Shown here piece after piece: positions 59,312 through 64,000 of a stretch of 64,000 nucleotides of DNA. The stretch comes from an uncultured Marinoscillum sp. (GTDB lineage Bacteria; Bacteroidota; Bacteroidia; Cytophagales; MED-G16), in contig CAZGPH010000003.1 of the NCBI GenBank assembly GCA_964527965.1, positions 77,309 through 141,308 on the forward strand, read 5' to 3'. Both the position numbers and the translations under genes were made by a program. Every line of letters begins with the position of its first letter. Position 1 is the stretch's first letter. Below the pieces are notes generated by a model, which saw only the letters and a list, made by a program, of their open reading frames with translations, did no database searches and had not been told where the DNA came from.

Positions 59312-61081
59312 ATGCAAATATCAATTCTTGACTGGATAATAATTTTTTCATTTTTTGCTGTTTTTATTCTCATAGGGTTTGTAACATCAAAAAAATCTGG
59401 AAAAAATTCTAAGGAGTTTTTTTTGTCTGGAAGGAACATGCCGTGGTGGATGCTTGGAATATCTATGGTAGCCACAACATTTTCCGCTGATACTCCTAAT
59501 TTAGTTACAAATATTGTAAGAGAAAATGGGGTTTCAGGTAATTGGCAGTGGTGGGCATTTTTACTAACTGGAATGATGACAGTCTTTTTTTATGCTAAAC
59601 TATGGCGAAGGTCCAAGGTGTTAACCGATTTAGAATTTTATGAATTAAGATATAGTGGAAATCCTGCTAAATTTTTGAGAGCATTTAGAGCTATTTATTT
59701 AGGTGTTTTTTTCAATGTTATGATTATGGCATCTGTTTGTTTGGCTGGTATAAAAATAGGAGGTGTATTGTTAAATCTTTCACCTTTTGAGTGCGTTTTT
59801 TACTCGTCAGTAATAACTGTATTTTACAGTTCTTTAGGTGGACTAAGAAGTGTTGTCATTACTGATTTGATTCAATTTGTTTTGGCTATGGTGGGTTCAG
59901 TATGGGCATGTATATACATACTAAATTTAAATGATATCGGTGGATTGCAAAGTTTAATCAATAATCCTTTAGTTATTAATAAATTAGCTTTTTTTCCTGA
60001 AGTAAGTGATAAAGAAACATTTTTAACAATTTTAATTATACCAATTGCTGTCCAGTGGTGGGCAGTATGGTATCCTGGTGCAGAACCAGGTGGAGGGGGT
60101 TATATTGCCCAAAGAATGCTATCAGCTAAAAACGAAAAGAATGCTATATATTCTACTCTTTTATTTAATGTCGCTCATTATGCTCTAAGGCCGTGGCCAT
60201 GGATTCTTATTGCCCTATCATCTTTGATAATTTATCCAACATTAACTGATATATCATCAGCTTTTCCTTTAGTTGATCAATCTATTATTGGTAATGACAT
60301 AGCATATCCTGCAATGTTATATCTCTTACCTAGTGGTTTATTAGGTTTGGTATTAGCATCCCTTATTGCTGCATTTATGAGTACTATATCAAGCCATCTT
60401 AATTGGGGAGCTTCCTATATCTCTTTAGACTTCTATAAGCGTTTTATTAAAAAAGATGCGACAGAGAAAGAAATTGTTTTTGTAGGCAGAATATCTACTG
60501 TTGTATTAATGTTATTGGCTGGTTTTCTTGCTTTAGAATTATCTGACGCCCTTGGAGCCTTCCAGATTTTACTACAAATAGGTGCTGGTACAGGTTCAAT
60601 TTTTCTTTTGAGATGGTTTTGGTGGAGAGTAAATGCTTACAGCGAAATAACTGGAATGAGTGTGTCATTTTTATTAGCAATTTATTTTCAGTGGTTTCAT
60701 TCTGATCTTACTGGAATTGAATTAGCATCTTACGAAAAATTATTATGGAGTATTTTTATCACAACATCATCATGGATAATAGTCACTTTATTAACAAAGC
60801 CCTCTGATAATAGAATTTTGCTGGAGTTTTATACTAGAATTAAACCTTATGGCATTGGGTGGAATGGATTTTTAAAATCAAATAATATTAAAAAAACTAG
60901 AAATAATGAAGATTCTTCCATGAAAGACTTGTTGTTAATGTTTTTAGGTATTATAACTGTTTATTTTGGATTATTTGGAATTGGTTACTTTATTTATAAT
61001 AAATTATTAATTGGGTCCATCATGATTATAATATCCTTAATATCAGCTTATACTACAAATTATATTATGTCAATCAAGTAG
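59312..61081 (+). CDS. Sodium:solute symporter family (SSF) transporter, substrate unknown
   Basis: FFLSGRNMPWWMLGISMVATTFSADTP N-terminal SSF signature and about 13-14 TM segments. Confidence 0.8.
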   Translation: MQISILDWIIIFSFFAVFILIGFVTSKKSGKNSKEFFLSGRNMPWWMLGISMVATTFSADTPNLVTNIVRENGVSGNWQWWAFLLTGMMTVFFYAKLWRRSKVLTDLEFYELRYSGNPAKFLRAFRAIYLGVFFNVMIMASVCLAGIKIGGVLLNLSPFECVFYSSVITVFYSSLGGLRSVVITDLIQFVLAMVGSVWACIYILNLNDIGGLQSLINNPLVINKLAFFPEVSDKETFLTILIIPIAVQWWAVWYPGAEPGGGGYIAQRMLSAKNEKNAIYSTLLFNVAHYALRPWPWILIALSSLIIYPTLTDISSAFPLVDQSIIGNDIAYPAMLYLLPSGLLGLVLASLIAAFMSTISSHLNWGASYISLDFYKRFIKKDATEKEIVFVGRISTVVLMLLAGFLALELSDALGAFQILLQIGAGTGSIFLLRWFWWRVNAYSEITGMSVSFLLAIYFQWFHSDLTGIELASYEKLLWSIFITTSSWIIVTLLTKPSDNRILLEFYTRIKPYGIGWNGFLKSNNIKKTRNNEDSSMKDLLLMFLGIITVYFGLFGIGYFIYNKLLIGSIMIIISLISAYTTNYIMSIK

Positions 61082-61211
61082 AATAGCTAATATTATTTTG
61101 ATGTATTATTACTAATCAAAATAATACAAATTAAACTTTTTAATAATTTCTCCGTATATTAGTTAATGCTTTTTAAGCATATTAATAATATTATTAACCA
61201 AACAAAATAGT

Positions 61212-61937
61212 ATGAATACGTTAAATTTTATTTTAGGAGCAAGTTTGGCACCAGGAGATTTTACTGGTTTCACTTTCTTCATAGGATCTGTTTCTATGTT
61301 AGCTGCTACTGTGTTCTTTTTAGTACAACACGGTCAAGTTGATAAGAAATTCAAAGATTCAATGCTTGTTGCTGCACTTATTACTGGTATAGCAGCTGTA
61401 CATTATTACTATATGAGAGACCAGTGGGCTGAAGGATTAGGTTCCCCTACTGAGCTTAGATATATAGATTGGATTCTTACTGTACCTCTTATGGTAGTAG
61501 AGTTTGCTCTACTTACTGGTGTGGGTATGAGAAAACTTTTCTGGGCTTCTGTAATTATGTTAGTTACAGGTTATTTAGGTGAGTCTGGATTAGCTCCAGT
61601 TCTTCCTGCCGATTTAGGTTGGGGACTGATTGCTGGTTTAGCTTATTTCTGGATGGCTTATGAAGTTGGATGTTTCACTCTTGTTGGTGGACCAACTGGC
61701 GAAACAGGAGCTGCATTAGCGAAAGCTGGTGGAAAAATTCCTGAAGCAGGTAAAATGCTACAGAGATTTGTCCTTGTTGGATGGGCAATATATCCTATTG
61801 GATATATGATGGGAACTGACGGATGGTATTCTGGTCTAGTTGCTGGTATTCCTTTTGACATGGATGTTGTTTATAATATTGGTGATGCAATCAATAAGAT
61901 TGGATTCGGTATGGCCGTATGGTATGCTGCAAAATAA
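61212..61937 (+). CDS. Proteorhodopsin (light-driven H+ pump, DTE motif, Met at spectral-tuning position 105)
   Basis: Seven TM segments. Helix C RYIDWILTVPLMVVEF gives D97/T101/M105/E108 in green-PR numbering. VHYYYM gives His75, and YNIGDAINKIGFG gives D227 and the Schiff-base Lys231. blh lies immediately downstream. Confidence 0.92.
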   Translation: MNTLNFILGASLAPGDFTGFTFFIGSVSMLAATVFFLVQHGQVDKKFKDSMLVAALITGIAAVHYYYMRDQWAEGLGSPTELRYIDWILTVPLMVVEFALLTGVGMRKLFWASVIMLVTGYLGESGLAPVLPADLGWGLIAGLAYFWMAYEVGCFTLVGGPTGETGAALAKAGGKIPEAGKMLQRFVLVGWAIYPIGYMMGTDGWYSGLVAGIPFDMDVVYNIGDAINKIGFGMAVWYAAK

Positions 61938-61960
61938 ATATTTATAATCAATAAAATTAA

Positions 61961-61988
61961 AGGTGAGGTTTTCCTCACCTTTTTTTTT
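61961..61988 (+). terminator. Rho-independent terminator after proteorhodopsin
   Basis: Perfect 8-bp stem AGGTGAGG/CCTCACCT, loop TTTT, followed by 8 T. It is the most GC-rich hairpin I saw in any intergenic region of the window. Confidence 0.85.
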
Positions 61989-61998
61989 ATCTTAACCT

Positions 61999-62874
61999 AT
62001 GAGTTCATCAGAAAATTATATTCTTCCTTCTAAAATTGTAGGATTAATTTTCGTTTTATCCCTTATATTTTTTGACTTAGGTAATTCTTACTCAAGTATT
62101 ATTTTTATTGTCATAATGTTATTAATAGGTATCCCTCATGGATCTGTTGATCATATTATTGCATTTATAAATCCAAAAACAAGAAAATTTAAAAGTAAGT
62201 TTCATTTTTTCTTTGCATACATATCTCTTATAATTTTAAATACTTTTATTTGGATATTTTCGCCTTATCTTGGACTATCAATTTTTTTAATTGTATCGTG
62301 TTACCATTTTGGTGAGGCTCAAATAATTGGATTTAATGGGACAGATAATAAACTTTTAAATTTTGTAATTGGAGCAAATATTCTTTTATCGTTATTTCTT
62401 AATAATATTTATGAATTACAAGAAATACTAGTTGATTTTACATTTTTTAGTTCAGCTGATTTATCCGGTTTTGATGATGTATTTTTCTTACTTATTTCTG
62501 TTTCAGTTCTTATGATTTCAGTTGTAAATTTTAAGATACAAAGAACAATTCCACTTTATGGTGAGATTATGGTTTTGTATTTAATTTTTTATCATACAGA
62601 TATTTTGACATCTTTTTCAATATTTTTTGGCTTTTCACATTCACTTCCTATGCTTATGATGGAATATAAAGAGATGAAAGAAAAAAGCTTTATTAAATTT
62701 TATATTAAAACACTTCCATTCACTTTTCTAGCAATACTATTTGGTTTTATTTTATATAATTTCAATAATTCTTTATTTACATCTGATAATTTAATATTAT
62801 TCATTTTTATAATTATTTCTAGTCTGACTCTTCCACATGTTTTTATAATGAAAGACTTTGTTAAGGATAAGTAA
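61999..62874 (+). CDS. blh: Beta-carotene 15,15'-dioxygenase (Brp/Blh family), retinal synthesis
   Basis: Polytopic membrane protein with four His-containing motifs (GIPHGSVDH, CYHFGEAQ, FGFSHSLP, LTLPHVF) as in Brp/Blh enzymes. It is adjacent to proteorhodopsin. Confidence 0.85.
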   Translation: MSSSENYILPSKIVGLIFVLSLIFFDLGNSYSSIIFIVIMLLIGIPHGSVDHIIAFINPKTRKFKSKFHFFFAYISLIILNTFIWIFSPYLGLSIFLIVSCYHFGEAQIIGFNGTDNKLLNFVIGANILLSLFLNNIYELQEILVDFTFFSSADLSGFDDVFFLLISVSVLMISVVNFKIQRTIPLYGEIMVLYLIFYHTDILTSFSIFFGFSHSLPMLMMEYKEMKEKSFIKFYIKTLPFTFLAILFGFILYNFNNSLFTSDNLILFIFIIISSLTLPHVFIMKDFVKDK

Positions 62875-62876
62875 AT

Positions 62877-63584
62877 ATGGATGTTAATTATGCCATTTCT
62901 TTCATGTCAAAGGATTGGATTATAGCAAATTCTCTCTCATTAACATATTTAATTTTTTGCCTGCTAGTTGGAAAGTATTCTTCAAAAAAAAATGTTAAGC
63001 GCTTCGCACAATATTTTGTCTTCTTATTCATAATGATATATTTTATTTATCATATGCTTCATATCTATGAAGGAACATGGACATTAAATAAGAGGCTTCC
63101 TTTACACTTATGTGGCATTACTTCTGTAATTACATGTTTTATATTGTTTATAGATAAAAAACAGTTTTTGTTTGAATTTTTATTCTATGCTGGAATTTTA
63201 GGAGGGTTAAATGCACTTTTTACACCATTGATTGATAATTATACTGGAGTAGATTTTTTCTATTATGAGTATTTTTATAGTCATACTTCGATAATAATTC
63301 TGCCCTTATATATGTATTATTATATGGGGATGAATCTCTCAAAATATTCCTGGCTTAAGTCTTTTTTATTTATAAATGTATTATTGATTATAATTATGCC
63401 AATTGATTTTTTAATTGATGCAAATTATATGTATTTGAAAAACCCTCCTGCAGTTGATCATCCATTAGTTTCAGGTGATTGGCCATATTATCTGGTTAAT
63501 TTAGAGTTTGTTGTTCTTATTTTACTTTACTTCACGTATTCTCTTTTTAAAACTCCAATATTGAGGAACAAAAAGAGTATTTAA
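62877..63584 (+). CDS. YwaF/TIGR02206 (TMEM164-like) integral membrane protein
   Basis: About 7 TM segments with LPLHLCGI and DANYMYLKNPP....L..GDWPYY motifs, which I recognise from the TIGR02206/TMEM164 family. It starts 2 nt after the blh stop. Confidence 0.55.
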   Translation: MDVNYAISFMSKDWIIANSLSLTYLIFCLLVGKYSSKKNVKRFAQYFVFLFIMIYFIYHMLHIYEGTWTLNKRLPLHLCGITSVITCFILFIDKKQFLFEFLFYAGILGGLNALFTPLIDNYTGVDFFYYEYFYSHTSIIILPLYMYYYMGMNLSKYSWLKSFLFINVLLIIIMPIDFLIDANYMYLKNPPAVDHPLVSGDWPYYLVNLEFVVLILLYFTYSLFKTPILRNKKSI

Positions 63585-63597
63585 TCGTTTTAATTTT

Positions 63598-64000
63598 ATG
63601 CGACTAGGATTTTTAAAAGATAATGAGTCTAGAGTTTCAGTCACACCTGTAACTCTTAAGAAATATATCGATGCAAATCATAGTGTGTGTATTGAGAAAA
63701 ACGCTGGATTGATTTCTGGTTTTACTGATAAATCCTATAACCATGATAAAATTTTAAGTAGGAAAGACGTTATAAATTCTTCTGATATAATAGTACTAGT
63801 TAACTCCTCAAGTATAGGTTCTTATAATGATTTAAAAGGTAAAACAATAATATCAAATTTTAGTGCTGAACCTGATAGAGAAGTAATAAAACAAAAAATC
63901 ATAAAAAATAGAATAACTGCTTTTGATTTGTCAATGATCCCTAGAACAACTATTGCCCAGAGTATGGATATACTTTCATCCATGGCTGGATTATCGGGTT
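63598..64000 (+). CDS. pntA: NAD(P) transhydrogenase subunit alpha (3' end beyond window)
   Basis: ESRVSVTP N-terminus and ...AFDLSMIPRTTIAQSMDILSSMAGLSG, matching the PntA/alanine-dehydrogenase-like domain. The frame is open to the window end. Confidence 0.8.
   Translation, partial: MRLGFLKDNESRVSVTPVTLKKYIDANHSVCIEKNAGLISGFTDKSYNHDKILSRKDVINSSDIIVLVNSSSIGSYNDLKGKTIISNFSAEPDREVIKQKIIKNRITAFDLSMIPRTTIAQSMDILSSMAGLSG

Noticed and set aside
59272-59475. A 67-aa minus-strand ORF spanning the start of the SSF transporter gene.
   Set aside because: It is antisense to the conserved N-terminal SSF signature (GRNMPWW), has no signal or family features, and would sit inside the divergent promoter region.
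61212-61937. The possibility that the rhodopsin is a Na+ pump (NDQ), a Cl- pump (NTQ) or a sensory rhodopsin.
   Set aside because: The helix C motif is D-T-E, and His75, D227 and K231 are present, which is the proton-pumping PR signature. No transducer gene is adjacent.
1-64000. A search by eye for CRISPR arrays, IS elements or transposases, integrases, prophage genes, restriction-modification systems, toxin-antitoxin pairs, or long direct or inverted repeats marking an island.
   Set aside because: I recognised none. Coding density is uniform, and essentially every ORF of 60 aa or more that is not a shadow has a housekeeping, transport or envelope assignment. A computational repeat search (self-dot-plot, minced, ISfinder) would be needed to exclude short or degenerate elements.
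63598-64000. Functional linkage of pntA (pmf-driven transhydrogenase) and the upstream Na+ symporter with proteorhodopsin, as a 'pmf producer-consumer' island.
   Set aside because: The idea is attractive but rests only on proximity in a genome where everything is close together. pntA has its own start after a spacer, and nothing in the sequence ties it to the PR unit.

Overview
This 64-kb window comes from a very AT-rich, extremely gene-dense chromosome. Hand counts of individual 60-nt lines give about 25% G+C in ordinary genes. It looks like a streamlined marine Flavobacteriia (Bacteroidota) genome. The evidence is T9SS type-A and type-B C-terminal sorting domains, Bacteroidota-style signal and lipoprotein N-termini, and a proteorhodopsin + blh pair.

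I can support about 60 protein-coding genes and one tRNA-Gln(UUG).
- Housekeeping: a three-gene complex II (membrane anchor, sdhA, sdhB), fabD, metG, pth, rplY, prs, purL, murB, a YebC-family regulator, guaA, sppA, kdsB, pyrE and the pntA 5' end.
- Transport: an MFS sugar porter, two SSF Na+ symporters, an APC permease, NhaC, and a TetR-TolC-MFP-RND operon.
- Other: xylB-xylA, two secreted EEP-fold nucleases next to a 945-aa T9SS type-B surface protein, and several secreted or membrane proteins of unknown function.

I recognised no CRISPR array, integrase, transposase, restriction system or toxin-antitoxin genes. I cannot honestly point to a clear-cut novel multi-gene system. The loci I consider most worth a second look are:
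1. The light-harvesting module at 61.1-63.6 kb: a DTE/Met105 proteorhodopsin with clearly elevated GC, a canonical terminator about 10 nt before blh, and blh coupled 2 nt from a YwaF/TMEM164-type membrane protein.
2. A 10-nt GC-containing motif, CTCCGTATAT, in the same orientation 51-52 nt upstream of both the proteorhodopsin start and the first gene of a six-gene minus-strand cluster.
3. In that cluster, two 171-aa Cys-containing secreted paralogs flanking a sugar-nucleotidyltransferase gene.
4. Extreme compaction: 7 of 11 convergent gene pairs overlap at their 3' ends, and one divergent pair is head-to-head with 0 nt between start codons.
5. An RND pump with an extra hydrophobic hairpin, coupled to a membrane metallophosphoesterase.
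6. A 44-codon membrane ORF that is missing from the ORF track.

All functional calls rest on motif and family recognition by eye. No searches were run.
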